Positions 1 through 11,554 are shown, counted from the first letter of the stretch. The stretch is DNA of 64,000 nt from Elusimicrobiota bacterium (GCA_016209035.1 JACQWX010000035.1:45565-109564); one strand, 5' to 3'. Numbers and translations: made by a program. Notes: generated from the letters alone by a model not told the origin.

Positions 1-2
1 AA

Positions 3-659
3 GCCGCGGCCAAGCCCAAGGCGCCCGAGCCTGCGGCCAAGGCGCAGCGCCCTAAGCCCAAGAGAGCCGGTCCGCCGGTCAAGCCAGGCCCGACCCCCGC
101 CCAGATCGCCCGCGCCCAGGTCCGGCAGCGGAGGATCGATCTGACCCGCGAGCTCGCGGCCTTGAAGGACCCTGACGAGGCCGTGGCGGACTCCTCGGAG
201 GGGGTTGCGGCAGCGGACCTGGCCCTCCAAGACCATGGAAGGCCAGGCCCTCGCTCGCAAGCCTCCCTCGAGACCGGGCCTTCGGCCGCATCCGACCCCG
301 ATCTCAAGGACGCCCTCAACTCCCAGCCCATGGGCGGCGGGATCAAGCGCACGGAAGGCTCGATCTCATGGAGCATCGACGGCCCACTGGGGACCAGGAG
401 GCTGCTCCAGCGCCGACTGCCGATCAGCCCTGAGTGGGTGTCCCAGCGGGGCCTCGACCTCACGGTCCAAGTCAAGTTCCAGGTCCTGGAGGACGGCTCG
501 GTCAAGCCGGGAGCCATCATCAAGGTTACCTCCGGATTCCCGGAGCTCGACCGGCTCGCTTTGGACGCCATCAAGCTCTGGAAGTTCGAGGCCGTGCCTA
601 AGTTGGGCGCCTCCGCCCCGCAGACCTGGGGAGTGGTCACGCTGAGATTCACCATGTGA
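3..659 (+). CDS. tonB: TonB family energy transducer (5'-truncated by window edge)
   Basis: Frame is open from position 3 with a Pro/Lys/Ala-rich linker (AAAKPKAPEPAAK...). C-terminus has TonB_C motifs (VQVKFQVLEDGSV...TSGFPELDRLALDAIKLWKF). Confidence 0.8.
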   Translation, partial: AAAKPKAPEPAAKAQRPKPKRAGPPVKPGPTPAQIARAQVRQRRIDLTRELAALKDPDEAVADSSEGVAAADLALQDHGRPGPRSQASLETGPSAASDPDLKDALNSQPMGGGIKRTEGSISWSIDGPLGTRRLLQRRLPISPEWVSQRGLDLTVQVKFQVLEDGSVKPGAIIKVTSGFPELDRLALDAIKLWKFEAVPKLGASAPQTWGVVTLRFTM

Positions 660-727
660 CGGCCGCGGCCATCGGGACCCGGCCGCGGGACGAGCACCCC
701 TAATTCGGTATAATCCAGGCTGCTGCC

Positions 728-3208
728 ATGGGATTCCTAGGGAGAGCGCACGGCCGAGCCAGGCGCCATGCGACGGTCGCGGCGCTGGCGTTGGCGGCGA
801 GCCTGGCCTTGGCCGCCGGCGTCCCGCTCCGCGCTGAAGGCGCTTCGGGGACGGTGAAGAGCAAGAAAGCCGCCTCCCTGGACGGCTGGGATTCGCTCAA
901 GATGGAGGGGTCCGCCATCCTCGGCGAGCTCAAGCTGCAGAGCGGCGACTACTCCGGAGCGCGCGAGACCTTCGGCGAGTCCCTGGAGACCAGCGTGAAC
1001 CTCCGGGACCCGTCGAGCCCGGTCATGGCGCTCGATCTCTACCGCAGCGCGCTCCTGGCCGCCGGCCGGGGCGAGGTCGACGAGGCGCGAGGCCACCTTG
1101 AGATCCTCATCAACCGCTACCCCGACTCAGAATTCGCCGTCAAGGGCAGGCAGCTCCTGGCCCTCATCGACCGCGGGGACAAGGTCCGCATCGAAGGGGA
1201 GGAGCCGGTCGAACTCGAGCCCCTGGGCGCGCGGCCCGGCGCCAAGCTCTCCCGCATCCGAGCGAGCCTCCGGAAAGAGCTCTGGCGCGACGCCTTGGGC
1301 CAGACCCGGGGATTCCTGGCCGCCAGCCCGGACCACGAGTTGGCGGGCGAGGCGCGCCTCTTGGAGGGCCTGCTCTACCTCAAAGTCCAGCCCGCCAAAG
1401 CCGCGCCGGTCCTCACGCGCGTGGCCCGGGGCGGTCCCTCGCACCTGCGCTCCCGCGCCGCCTACCTGCTCGGGTCCGCCGCGGTCTCCCTGCGCAACTG
1501 CTCCTGGTTGGCCGAGGACCTTCCCGACCCGTCCGGACCTGTCCTTCGGACAGATACCCCCCGGCCGGACCGCTGGCAGCGGGCGCCGGACCGCTGGCAG
1601 CGGGCGCCGGACCGCTGGCAGCGGGCAGGCTCGGTGTGGGCCGCGGCCTGCGACGACTTAAGCGGCCGGCCCGAGTCGGCCGAAGTCAAGTACCGGTCCG
1701 TGGCGGAGTCCGCCGGGGAGACCCCGCTCAAAGCGTATGCCCTGGCCGCTTTGGCTCAAGCGGCAGCCCGGCAGCAAGAATACGGCTCCGCCCTCATGCT
1801 CATGGACAAGGCCGTCTCCGAAGCCGACCGCCACGATCTCGACGACGTGGCTGCGGTGGCCGCGCTCTCCCGCGGTCACCTGCTCTACAAGCTGCGCCGC
1901 TACCGGGAGGCGGCCTTGGCCTACGGGGCCTTTGCCGGCGCCTATCCCCAGGACCCGAACAGGACCCTGGCATTGTACCACCGGGCGCTTGCTCTCAAAT
2001 GGGCGGGCGACAACCGCTCGGCCATCCAGGGATTCGAGAGCCTCATCGTCCGCTTCCCGGAAACGGTCTATGCCCCGGACGCCCGGCTGCAGCTCGGCCT
2101 CCTCTACGATGAGACGGGCCACTCCCAGAAGGCGGTCGAGAGCTACCGCCGGATGGCCGAGGGGGGCCTTGAGAACCGGAGGGAATCCCTCCTGCTCGAG
2201 GCCCAGCACCATTACAACCGCAAGCGCTACCTCTCCGCCATCCCGCTCTACTGGAAGTTCCTCGCGGAGTTCCCCGACGATCCCCGCCAGGCCGAGGTGG
2301 CGACGCTCCTGCTCACCTCTTACTGGGTGGGCTCCAAGGACGACCCAGGCTTCCTCAAGGCCGCGGAGATGTTCCCCGACCATCCCATCGTGGCGAACCT
2401 GCGCTGGAACCTCGCCGCCCAGGCCCACCGGCAGGGAGACTGCCGGAAGGCCGTGCCCAACCTCCAGCGGTTCGAAGCCGAATACCCTGATTCCCCCCGC
2501 ATGGAGGAAGGCCTGATGCTCAAGGCCGAATGCCTCTACGAGCTCAAGGACTACCGCCTGGCGGCCGACGCTTTCACCGAGCTCATTCGGCGCTACCCCA
2601 GGAGCAAGCGCGTCCGCGACGCCCGGTTCAAGAAGGGCCTGGCCTTGCATGGGGCCGGGGACTTCTCGGCCAGCGCCGCCGCCATGAGGCTGGTCGGAGG
2701 CTCGGACTCGCTCGCCGCGGACGCCGCCTACAACGCCGCGCTCTCCGCCGTGAAGACCGGGGACAAGGCCGAAGCCCTCGCCTCGCTCGAGGGCTTCGTG
2801 AACGATTTCCCCAGGCATCCCCGCGCGGGCTGGGCCTTCTTCAAGCTGGGGGAGCTGCGGGAAGGAGCGGGCCGGCACGCGGCCGCGGCCTTGGCCTATG
2901 GCCAGGCCACCGAGAACAGGTCCCAAGCGCTCTTCAACATGGGCCGCTGCTACGAGAGGATCAAGGATAGGCTTGAGGCCAAGAAGGCCTACGAGGCCCT
3001 GCTCAAGGCGCGGCCCGCCAACGACTCCCACCGGCTCAACGGCCTGGCCAGGCTGGGCCTGTTCTACGAGCTCGAAGGGAAGTTCAAGAAGGCCGCCCAG
3101 GTCTACGCCGACATCCTCAAGAACGCTCCCCAGGGCGACATCCTGGAGCTGGCGCGCAAGAGGCTGCTCGCGCTCACCAAGGACGGCTCGCTCACCACGA
3201 CGCGCTGA
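728..3208 (+). CDS. Exported tetratricopeptide-repeat protein (BamD/YbgF-like repeats)
   Basis: 826-aa ORF with an N-terminal signal-like segment and many TPR units ending in YP/FP-x-S motifs. TATAAT at 709-714. Confidence 0.8.
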   Translation: MGFLGRAHGRARRHATVAALALAASLALAAGVPLRAEGASGTVKSKKAASLDGWDSLKMEGSAILGELKLQSGDYSGARETFGESLETSVNLRDPSSPVMALDLYRSALLAAGRGEVDEARGHLEILINRYPDSEFAVKGRQLLALIDRGDKVRIEGEEPVELEPLGARPGAKLSRIRASLRKELWRDALGQTRGFLAASPDHELAGEARLLEGLLYLKVQPAKAAPVLTRVARGGPSHLRSRAAYLLGSAAVSLRNCSWLAEDLPDPSGPVLRTDTPRPDRWQRAPDRWQRAPDRWQRAGSVWAAACDDLSGRPESAEVKYRSVAESAGETPLKAYALAALAQAAARQQEYGSALMLMDKAVSEADRHDLDDVAAVAALSRGHLLYKLRRYREAALAYGAFAGAYPQDPNRTLALYHRALALKWAGDNRSAIQGFESLIVRFPETVYAPDARLQLGLLYDETGHSQKAVESYRRMAEGGLENRRESLLLEAQHHYNRKRYLSAIPLYWKFLAEFPDDPRQAEVATLLLTSYWVGSKDDPGFLKAAEMFPDHPIVANLRWNLAAQAHRQGDCRKAVPNLQRFEAEYPDSPRMEEGLMLKAECLYELKDYRLAADAFTELIRRYPRSKRVRDARFKKGLALHGAGDFSASAAAMRLVGGSDSLAADAAYNAALSAVKTGDKAEALASLEGFVNDFPRHPRAGWAFFKLGELREGAGRHAAAALAYGQATENRSQALFNMGRCYERIKDRLEAKKAYEALLKARPANDSHRLNGLARLGLFYELEGKFKKAAQVYADILKNAPQGDILELARKRLLALTKDGSLTTTR
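1565..1627 (+). repeat. In-frame 21-bp tandem repeat x3 (PDRWQRA)
   Basis: ccggaccgctggcagcgggcg at 1565 and 1586; the third copy at 1607 differs only in its last base. Confidence 0.95.
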
Positions 3209-3244
3209 CAAGGTCAGCGCAATCGGACCTTCCGCGGGTGCTTG

Positions 3245-4855
3245 CTATTCGATGAGGTTCGCCTCCCTGAGCGGTTCGATTACGCCGTTCTGGAGCTTGC
3301 TCTTGTCGAAACCTTTCTCGGATTCGGCGCGGATGCTGACGTCTACTTTCCCGGCCATGTCTGCCAGGTTCGCAATCGCGTTCCATGCCGTGTAGAGATG
3401 GTCGCGGTCGGCGGTGAAGCTCACTTGAACGACTTTTTCCAGGGATGGCGGTGGTGTGGCGCCGGATATTGTTCCAGGCGGCGGCGTAGGCCCTGGCGGC
3501 GGTGTCGGACTTGGGAGCACAGGACCGGGGCCGGGCTGAGGCATAGCCTCGGCAGGAATCGCCTGGGGCAGCATCACAAAGCCGGATTCAAGGTCAACCT
3601 CGTCGTCTGAGATGGAGACCTCGAAGCGAACCTTGCTCCGGGCAACCTGATACTTGCCGGCGGCATCAAGCCCAGGCGCCGTGCCGGTGAAGTAGCCAAA
3701 ATGGCCCTCCTTGACCCCCTCGGCAATCCCCCCGCGAATTGCGTCGTCGGACAGCAGCCGGGTGAACCCCAGAAAGGAGTAATAGCCGGCCACAATATCC
3801 ACGCACTTCACGCCTGAAGCCGAGGGTGCGCCTTGACCGAGTTTGAATGACTCGACGATTTTCGCCGGCTTGAGTATTGTGAAGACCCTCTTCTGAACCT
3901 GCGTGATCAATTCCATGGTGCGCTCATAGATCATCGCCTGATGCTTTTCGCTGATCGTCGTCTGAAGGGACCGCCCGCCGACCGCGACCTTCTCAATAGT
4001 AATGGCGCCCTGGTCGAGTTTGGGAAGCCAGACTTCCGGGTAGAGCTTCACGAACGCGGACTCGGCGGCGCCGGCGTGAGTGGCCTTGCGCTCCCGAAGT
4101 TCGTCGGTCTGCTCCTTGGTGAGGTTATGTTTCTTGGCCGCCTTGCCGACGCGATCAACCGCGATGTGATAGCGGACTTCGCGGCGCACACTCTCCGTTT
4201 GGTCCGTAGCTGGAATCGCCAGAGCCAAGCCGTTCCGGTATGTGCGGGGTTTGCTGCCGCACTTCTCAATAAACTCGCTCGCAAGGGCGTCCTTCTCTTT
4301 GGCCGACTTGTTGGCGAAGTCGAGGGGTAGATAGGCAATCTGGAAGCGGGGCTGTTCGTCGGGGATGTCGCCGGACGATCCGGGCCAGGCGATGGCGCCG
4401 TGGTGCCCGGCGAGCCGTTCCTCCAGCATGGTTTTTATCTGGGCGGTGACCAAACTCTCATCCCGCGCGACCGCGTCCGCCTCAGTTTCGATGAGCAGGG
4501 TAACGTTCGGGTCCTGCTTGAAGCAGTAGCGTACACCGTCGAAGTGGAGGTACTGTTGCGCCTTCTGAATTGTGAGCGGTTCTCCGGGGTACTGGCACAG
4601 GTCGGTTACGAACTTCGCCGCGTTGGCCCGCCCGAGGCTCTGCTTCTTGTTGTCCGGGCCATTCTCCGGCACAAACCGCGAGGCAGGCACCAGCGCGCCA
4701 TAGACGGCTGCCCGGCAAGCGACCAGAGGCCGCCGCGCCCACCAGAGGTGCAGGGTCGAGATATGCCCCTTGCGGACGGACTTCTCCCGGCTGGCCTCGG
4801 CGGAGATGGCCTCGATGGGCAGGTAGTCTTCGATCAGGCGTTTGTCATCCGCCAT
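3245..4855 (-). pseudogene. In-frame chimera: DUF1156 (DNA methylase N-terminus) fused to the C-terminal part of a DUF499 ATPase
   Basis: N-terminus [41 protein letters not shown] is the DUF1156 signature. After ~100 aa it switches to [17 protein letters not shown]..., typical of DUF499 C-terminal regions. No methylase motifs and no Walker A remain. Confidence 0.75.
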
Positions 4856-6572
4856 TGGCAAGACCTTGGTTCAGGATTGCGGCCATTGCGTCGAGTTTCT
4901 CAATGACCTCGGAATGGATTTCCTCCGCCTTCATCTGCGCCGCAATCTGGAAGTAGTCCTTTTTTGACAGCCGGCACTCAGCCCGCTCCAACAAGCCTGG
5001 CAGGATGGATTTGCCGGCCGGGGTGGAGATCAAGTAATCGCTGTCCTTGAGCGGGTCCTTGAGAGCGGGCGGGGGAAAGTTCTCGTTCAGGAACTCCTCC
5101 GCCTGCTTCCGGCTGCCGATGGAAAACAGGGGCTCAGGTCCGGCTATAAACCGCAAGAGCGCTTCGGGATGAAGGATATAGTTTTCGATCTCGTAGCGCC
5201 GCCACCGCAAGAGCGCAAGGTTGTCCGCGGCAATCTCGTGGTCGGGTAGGTTCCGGTTGTCTCCGTCCAACAGTAGAACACCCTTTACCGCGGGTGAAAT
5301 GGCCTTGAGGCCGAAGAAATGCGCTTTTGCTTCACGGGCATCTCGTCCATGAATCGGGCAGACAAAGGGGGAGGCCGCAAACCGCGCGAAGGGGTGATTG
5401 AGAATGCGGGCGAACTCCGCGAGGATTTTAAAATCGGCCTCGTCTTCGACGTAGAGAATGTGCTGGCCGTTCTCCGCGGCCAGGATATCCAGAGAGGAGA
5501 GCCGCTTTAGCGCCTCCCGGACCTGGTCGCGGTCGGTTTCGATGGCCAGACGATGCGGGCTGCCGTAGAAAGAGAGAATTTGCTCCGGCCCTGTATCCTC
5601 CAGGAGAATCTCCGAGTGCGTGGAGATCAGAAGCTGGCAGGCCCGCTTGCGGGCGACGGCGCGCAGAAGGTCGTACACCTGGCGTTGCAGGATCACGTGG
5701 AGATGAGCGTCCGGCTCGTCGAGCAGCAGCACGGAGGCGGACCGCGTATAGAAAAAGCCAAGCAATGTCAGGACCTGATGAAAACCGCTGCCTGCAGAGG
5801 CAATGTCGAAGGCCGTCTTTGTCTCGCCGTGAGTGTATTCGACCCGGATGAATGGGTCGGCTGCTTCCGCATACTGAGGTTCCTTGATTTGATACCTGAA
5901 AAGGCCGAAGATATCCTCGGTCAAGGCACGCCAGTGGCCGGTCTTCTCCTTCTGGTCCGTGCGATAGACCTCAAGAAGAAGGTTGCGCAGTATGTCTCCC
6001 GGCTTTCCCTGCCCAACGAGACGATTCTGAAACCCTAGTTGGAGTCCGGTCTCTTCCGCGCCGATGCCCGAGAAGGGCGGCACATGGACGATTTTGATAT
6101 CGCGGGCCGCCGCGGGAACATCGCTGATGATGTTGCCTGCATCATCCGCCAATTTGACGTAAATCTGCTCTTTGTTCGTGTAGCGCAAAGTCACGCTTAG
6201 GCGCCAGTCGTCTTTCCCCGGATTCTTTCCATAGAGCGTGATGGCCGCCAATTTCGGTTGACCGGCCGCCGCCCCATCTTTCTCTCCTTGACTGTAAGCC
6301 GTATCACGATCAAACCACAGCAGGTTCATCTCGCGTAAAGGAATGGCTGTGAAATCACCGCGGGAAATGGGAACGCCGGTTCTCTGCTTGGCTTTGGACG
6401 ACTCCGCGTGCTCCGCCATCCATCGCTGCAACGCGAGATTCCAGACCGCTACAGCTTGCAGCAACGTCGTCTTGCCGGAGTTGTTCGGACCAGCCAGGAC
6501 CACGTCATCGTTTACATCAAACGATTGCGACTGAAACCGTTTGAAGCCATCGAGTGTGATCTTTGTGATCAT
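4845..6572 (-). CDS. ABC-type ATPase with C-terminal TOPRIM-like nuclease domain (OLD/AAA_15-like defence protein)
   Basis: Walker [10 protein letters not shown], signature SAGSGFHQ, Walker [13 protein letters not shown]-loop STHS. C-terminal YVEDEAD, LLDGD and RYEIENY. Confidence 0.8.
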   Translation of the reverse strand: MITKITLDGFKRFQSQSFDVNDDVVLAGPNNSGKTTLLQAVAVWNLALQRWMAEHAESSKAKQRTGVPISRGDFTAIPLREMNLLWFDRDTAYSQGEKDGAAAGQPKLAAITLYGKNPGKDDWRLSVTLRYTNKEQIYVKLADDAGNIISDVPAAARDIKIVHVPPFSGIGAEETGLQLGFQNRLVGQGKPGDILRNLLLEVYRTDQKEKTGHWRALTEDIFGLFRYQIKEPQYAEAADPFIRVEYTHGETKTAFDIASAGSGFHQVLTLLGFFYTRSASVLLLDEPDAHLHVILQRQVYDLLRAVARKRACQLLISTHSEILLEDTGPEQILSFYGSPHRLAIETDRDQVREALKRLSSLDILAAENGQHILYVEDEADFKILAEFARILNHPFARFAASPFVCPIHGRDAREAKAHFFGLKAISPAVKGVLLLDGDNRNLPDHEIAADNLALLRWRRYEIENYILHPEALLRFIAGPEPLFSIGSRKQAEEFLNENFPPPALKDPLKDSDYLISTPAGKSILPGLLERAECRLSKKDYFQIAAQMKAEEIHSEVIEKLDAMAAILNQGLANGG

Positions 6573-9500
6573 GTTTCTCCTGTTGCTCGTGCGGCGACAG
6601 ACTGTATCGCATCCGCCGGTATGTCATAGAACCTCGCCGACACGACCGGCTTGGCCGCGTGTTCGAGATGTTTGGCCGGATTCTGGATCATGACCGGCAG
6701 TGGATCGGGATTGTTCAGGGGGTTCCAGACCACGTAGAGCCAGAAGGAATCGCCGAGTTGCTGGGCCTTGTACCATTCGTTGGTGGTCAGGCGGATGGGT
6801 TGGCCTTTCTTGCGGCCCTTGACCTCGATGCGGCGGACGCCGGCGATTGGATCGCGATAGCCGGTCTGCGGGTCGGCGGGGCCGAGGCTGCGGACATCGA
6901 AGCCGATCTTCTTGTGGCCGACCTTTTCGGTCTCCCACCCTCGCCCGGTTTCGTGGGCGATGACGACGTCCTCGGCGGCAAGCTCGCTCCGGCGTTTGGC
7001 GTCTGGATCGAGGTCGTCGAAAAGGTCGGGGGGAACCGGCCTCTCCATCTGGGTCGCGGGGAGAACGACGGCGGTAGCTAGATAGCGCAATGGACCGTGC
7101 CGGGCGACTTCCAGGCGTTTGAGCCCGTCAAGCCGTTCCTGCCGGGTGCGCTGGAGGTCGGCCAGGTCGTGCTCGGCGCGCTGGCGCGTCAGGGCGATCT
7201 CGGATGCGGCGGCCTCGCGGGCGCGCAAGGACATGACGCGGTTCTGCGCGGCATGGATGCGGGCCGTGAAGGACTTTTCGAGGTAGTCCCGGCAGACTTC
7301 CCGGCGGTCCTGCTGATAGGTGGCTTTCAGGAAGTCCGCGGCGGGGCCGGAGTCGAACCGGCGCACGGCGGCCGGCGGGGATGGATGGACCGGGAGGTCC
7401 AGCAACACGTCGGCGGGAATGATGGAGAACCTCTCCGGCGGGTCGCCGGCGGTCTCTTCGCGCACGGCGACCAGTTCGCCGTAGAGGGATTGCGGCACGC
7501 CCTTGGTGTTCTGGCCGCGGATGGAGATTTCAAAGAAGTGCAGGAGATACGGGGCCAAGGCTTCGGCCTCGACGAAAAAGGCCGTAGCGCCGGAGAGCGG
7601 CGCAAGACGCTCGTTTAGTTTCTCATCAATGGCGGAGTAAAGCGGGTGGCCGGGACCGAGCAAGACGGCGTCCACGTGTTGGTCCTGCTCCAGGTGGCCC
7701 TTGTGGAACGTGATCTTCCGGTAGGAGGGTTCCGGTTTGCCCAGGTTTTGAACGGTCTTCAGTCGTTCGGAGCGCAAGTCGGCGAGGACGTGCTCCACTC
7801 GCCAAAGGCCGTCCGCGCGAGATTCCACTTTGAGCCCGATCTCCCGGGATGCCTTGACGAATTGGTCTTCGACATAACGCGGCATCAGGCGGCGTTCCTC
7901 GGCCTCCACGTTGTCCTTCTGGAAGCCGGAAAAGTCCACGTTCGTGCGGGCCAGGGCGATGCCGGTGGCGACCTCGTAGCGCATCAGCCGGGACGGGTCC
8001 ACTTTCTCGATGAGGTCGAGGTATTCGTCCAGGCGGCGCGGGTCATGGGCGGCTTCGCGCAGCATTTCGGGGAGGTTTATGTCGTTGAGGGACAGTACCT
8101 CGCCGATAACATCGAAGACGCGATCGGCGAGAACGGCGCGCATCTGGTCGAGCTTCTTCAGAAGCCGTTGAAGGATACGGCCCTCGATGATGGGCTGGCC
8201 GTCCTCGGATTCGGCGGAGACGAAGTTGAAGGCGCGGCACTCGCGGGTCTGCCCGATACGGTGGATGCGGCCCAGCCGCTGTTCCAAGCGGGTCGGGTTC
8301 CACGGCAGGTCGTAATTGACCATCAGGTGGCAGAATTGGAGGTTGATCCCTTCGCCGGCGGCTTCGGTGGCGACGCAGACCTGCCGGGAGACGCGGAAGT
8401 CCTCCTGGGCGCGTTTGCGCTCATGCGGGTTCATGCCGCCGTGTATTTCGCACGTGGAATAGCCCCACTTGTCGAGGTGTTCGCGCAAGTGGGTCATCGT
8501 GTCGCGGTGCTCCGTGAAGATCAGGAGCTTGCCGCGGCCGTCCTTGAGTTCGTGGAACTCGGCCTTCCTCAGGCACTCCTGAAGCGCGGCGAGCTTCGAG
8601 TCTGCCTCCGGGCCTTTGTCCTTCAGGCGCTTTGAGGCGGCGAAGCGCCCAGGGGCAATCCGGGCCGAGCCGGAGAATGTCGCGGCGAATCTCGCCGGCC
8701 TTGTCCGCCAGCCGATGCGGCTCCGGGAAAAGGTCGGGGTCCAGCAGGCGGACGAAGTGCGCGAACCGGTCGTCGTCGCCGTGGTGGGGCGTCGCGGTCA
8801 AAAGGACCACATGGTCGGCCTGGGCGGTTAGTTTCTCGGCGAGTTGATAGCGATTGGTTTTTTCGGCCTCGTCCCCGCGTGAGGAGGATCGCTTCGTGTA
8901 GGCGCTGCACTTGTGGGCCTCGTCAATGATGACGAGGTCCCACCGCTGCTGCCAGACACGCTCCCTCACGTCCTCTTGCTTGGCGTAGTCCATTGAAGCC
9001 ACAACTTGGTTGCTGCGTTGCCAGGGGTTGGTCAACTGCTGTTGGTCCACGGCCGAAAAGATGATGTCGAAGGATTCGCCGAACCATCGGAGCATTTCGT
9101 CCTGCCATTGGATGGTCAGCGGTGAAGGGCAGAGGATGAGGACGCGTTCAACGGCTTCCCTGAGTCTCAGTTCCTTGATGAGCAACCCGGCCATGATCGT
9201 CTTGCCTGCGCCGGGGTCGTCCGCAAGCAGGAAGCGCAGGCGGGGTTGCGGCAACATCTTGAGATAGACCGCTTCGATCTGATGGGGCAACGTCCGAATT
9301 CCTGAAAGGCTGACGGCGAAATGGGGATCGTGCGCGTAGGCCAGGCGGATGCGGGTTGACTCGATCAACAGGCGGACTTGCTCTGCGTCGGCTGGTTTGG
9401 TCGTTATTGTGTCGTTGTCGTTGCCGCCGATGAGTATCTGGGCTTCATCCTCGGAGATCGCCGTTTCGTCGAGGGATCCGTCGGCCAAGCGCACGCGGCA

Positions 9501-9632
9501 TTCAAAGCCGTGCCCGATAGGGCGAACGCCTTCCAACACTACGGGGGCAGGAAAATGACCCGGCAGGCCGATCCGTTTGCCGATGGGGAATCTGCCGCTC
9601 TCTCCACTCATCTTGTCTCTATTGATTGACAC
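6569..9632 (-). pseudogene. SNF2-family helicase with C-terminal DUF3883 nuclease-like domain, broken by a deletion/frameshift near 8630
   Basis: The 5' ORF (8421-9632) has LLADDPGAGKT, IIDEAH and LLTATPH. The 3' frame has LIFTEHRDT, ATEAAGEGINLQ, YDLPWNPTRLEQRLGRIHRIGQ and GFDVRS...IEVKGR...LTTNEW. The frame changes at LRRLK/KRLKDK. Confidence 0.85.
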
Positions 9633-9820
9633 GTATCAAACGTTCGAACCCGAGCTCAGGTTCGCAATTGATTGCCCAACGTTTTCCGAAAAACCAAGTA
9701 GGAAATTTTAGCATGATTTCTACCGCAGGGAACGGATAGCGAAGGGATTGTCCGATGGATGGGAGCCGTCGAATGCGACCAGGGATCCTCCACACTTTTC
9801 ATATAATCCAGGGACTGACC

Positions 9821-9946
9821 ATGAATCCCCTGCTCAACCTGCTCGGTGCCGTCACTGTCACCGTCATCATCGCCATGGGATGGGCCTCGCCTGCCTGGCC
9901 CGGCACCGCAGCCGCGCTTGCCGCGTTCATCTTGATGGGGAGGTGA
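9821..9946 (+). CDS. Small hydrophobic membrane peptide
   Basis: MNPLLNLLGAVTVTVIIAMGW... follows TATAAT (9802-9807) and ends 3 nt before the SD-led DASS gene. Confidence 0.4.
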   Translation: MNPLLNLLGAVTVTVIIAMGWASPAWPGTAAALAAFILMGR

Positions 9947-9949
9947 CAC

Positions 9950-11329
9950 ATGACTAGCTGGCGCCATCCAATGATCGGGCCCGTGCTCGGGGCCTGCGTC
10001 TGGCTGGCCATCGGGTCCTGCGGCCTGTCTCCTGAGGCCAGGAAGCTGGCCGCCGTCATGGCCTGCGTCGTGTCCTGGTGGGTGGCGGAGTCCATGCCCC
10101 TGGCCGTGTCCGCCCTTCTGGCGAGCTGCGCAACCGTCGTGCTCGGGATCGCCCCGGCCAAGAAGGTGTTCGCGGCCTACGGCGACCCCGTCATCATGCT
10201 GTTCCTCGGGTCTTTCTGGCTGGCCGAAGCCATGAGCGTCCACGGCTTGGACCGGCGCATCGCCGTGCGCCTGCTCTCCTTGCCGGCCTTGAGCCGGAGC
10301 CCCCGCACCTTGATCGCGGGGCTCGGGTGCGTGGCCGCGGCCATCTCAGCCTGGGTCTCCAACACGGCCACCACCGCCATGCTCCTGCCCGTGGCCTTGG
10401 GGATGCTCTCAGCCATCCCGGCCGCCTCCCGTGACTCCGAGTTCGAGAGCAGGCTCCTGCTGATGCTCGCTTTCTCGGCCTCGGTCGGCGGGCTGGCCAC
10501 GCCGGTGGGCACCCCGCCCAACCTCATCGGCATGGGGATGCTGGACCGTCTCGCCGGGGTGCGCTTGAGCTTCCTCGGCTGGATGAAGATGGGCATCCCG
10601 CTGGCCTTGGCCTCGCTGGCTTTCGCGGGCCTGCTCTTGTGCCGCGGCGTCAAGACGCCCGCGGGCTGGGACGGCCTGCGGCGCTACCTGGAGGAGGTTG
10701 GGCGCGAGCTCGGGCCATGGTCCCGCGGAGAGAAGAACACCCTGCTGGCCCTGGGCCTGGCCGTGTGCCTATGGCTCTTCGCCGGCGAGGCCGTGCCCGA
10801 AGGGGTCGCGGCTCTCCTGGCCGCGAGCCTCCTTTTCCTGCTGAAGGACGAAGCGGACCTGCCCACCCTCACCTGGGAGGCCGCCTGCCGCATCGACTGG
10901 GGAGTGCTCCTCCTCTTCGGCGGCGGCATGAGCCTGGGACAACTCCTCTTCGAGACCGGGCTCGCCGACGCCCTGGGCCGGGGCCTCACCGCCTTCCTGG
11001 GCGTGCGGTCCTCCTTCGGGACCGCGGGCGTCTCAGGAGGCCTGGCCCTGGTCACGAGCGAGCTGTCCTCCAACACGGCCTCGGCCAATGTCGCGGTCCC
11101 CACGGCCCTGGCCCTGGCCAAGGCGACGGCCGTCGATCCCGCCTACCCGGCCCTGGCAGCGACCCTGTGCGCGAGCTTCGGCTTCCTCCTGCCGGTCTCG
11201 ACGCCGCCCAACACCCTCGTCTACGGCACGGGCAAGGTCGCCTTGAAGGACATGATGCGCTTCGGCCTAGCGCTGGACGTCTTCGGCTTCTTCCTGGTCT
11301 GGCTTGGGTTGGGTCTCCTGGGAAGATGA
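9950..11329 (+). CDS. DASS/SLC13 family sodium-coupled anion symporter
   Basis: SNTATTAMLLP, GGLATPVGTPPN, SNTASA and LPVSTPPN motifs; highly hydrophobic; GGAGG SD. Confidence 0.92.
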   Translation: MTSWRHPMIGPVLGACVWLAIGSCGLSPEARKLAAVMACVVSWWVAESMPLAVSALLASCATVVLGIAPAKKVFAAYGDPVIMLFLGSFWLAEAMSVHGLDRRIAVRLLSLPALSRSPRTLIAGLGCVAAAISAWVSNTATTAMLLPVALGMLSAIPAASRDSEFESRLLLMLAFSASVGGLATPVGTPPNLIGMGMLDRLAGVRLSFLGWMKMGIPLALASLAFAGLLLCRGVKTPAGWDGLRRYLEEVGRELGPWSRGEKNTLLALGLAVCLWLFAGEAVPEGVAALLAASLLFLLKDEADLPTLTWEAACRIDWGVLLLFGGGMSLGQLLFETGLADALGRGLTAFLGVRSSFGTAGVSGGLALVTSELSSNTASANVAVPTALALAKATAVDPAYPALAATLCASFGFLLPVSTPPNTLVYGTGKVALKDMMRFGLALDVFGFFLVWLGLGLLGR

Positions 11330-11554
11330 GAAGGCGGACAGGAAGGAAGAGGCGCAAGCAGCCACGCATGCACTGCCCAGGGGCGGGAGCCCACTTGCCG
11401 TAACGCTCCATGATCGATCTGTCCAGGTCCAGAGTCTCGACAGGAGTTTAGCGATGCTCGTTTGGGAAGCATGCCGAGGGGGCCTGCAAGTCCGTGTCGA
11501 GGTGGCATGTTAAAACAAACGCGCTGTATCTCGTCGATGACGACCCAGCGGTCT

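Noticed and set aside
1565-1627. Possible CRISPR-like repeat
   Set aside because: The units are contiguous with no spacers, in frame inside a CDS, and no cas genes are present.
1658-3211. Long antisense or alternative-frame ORFs (also 15861-17270, 20882-22633, 27320-29227, 29994-32336, 47995-49854, and the 5' part of 30131-33445)
   Set aside because: Shadow ORFs expected from high-GC codon bias; they overlap well-supported genes and lack motifs.
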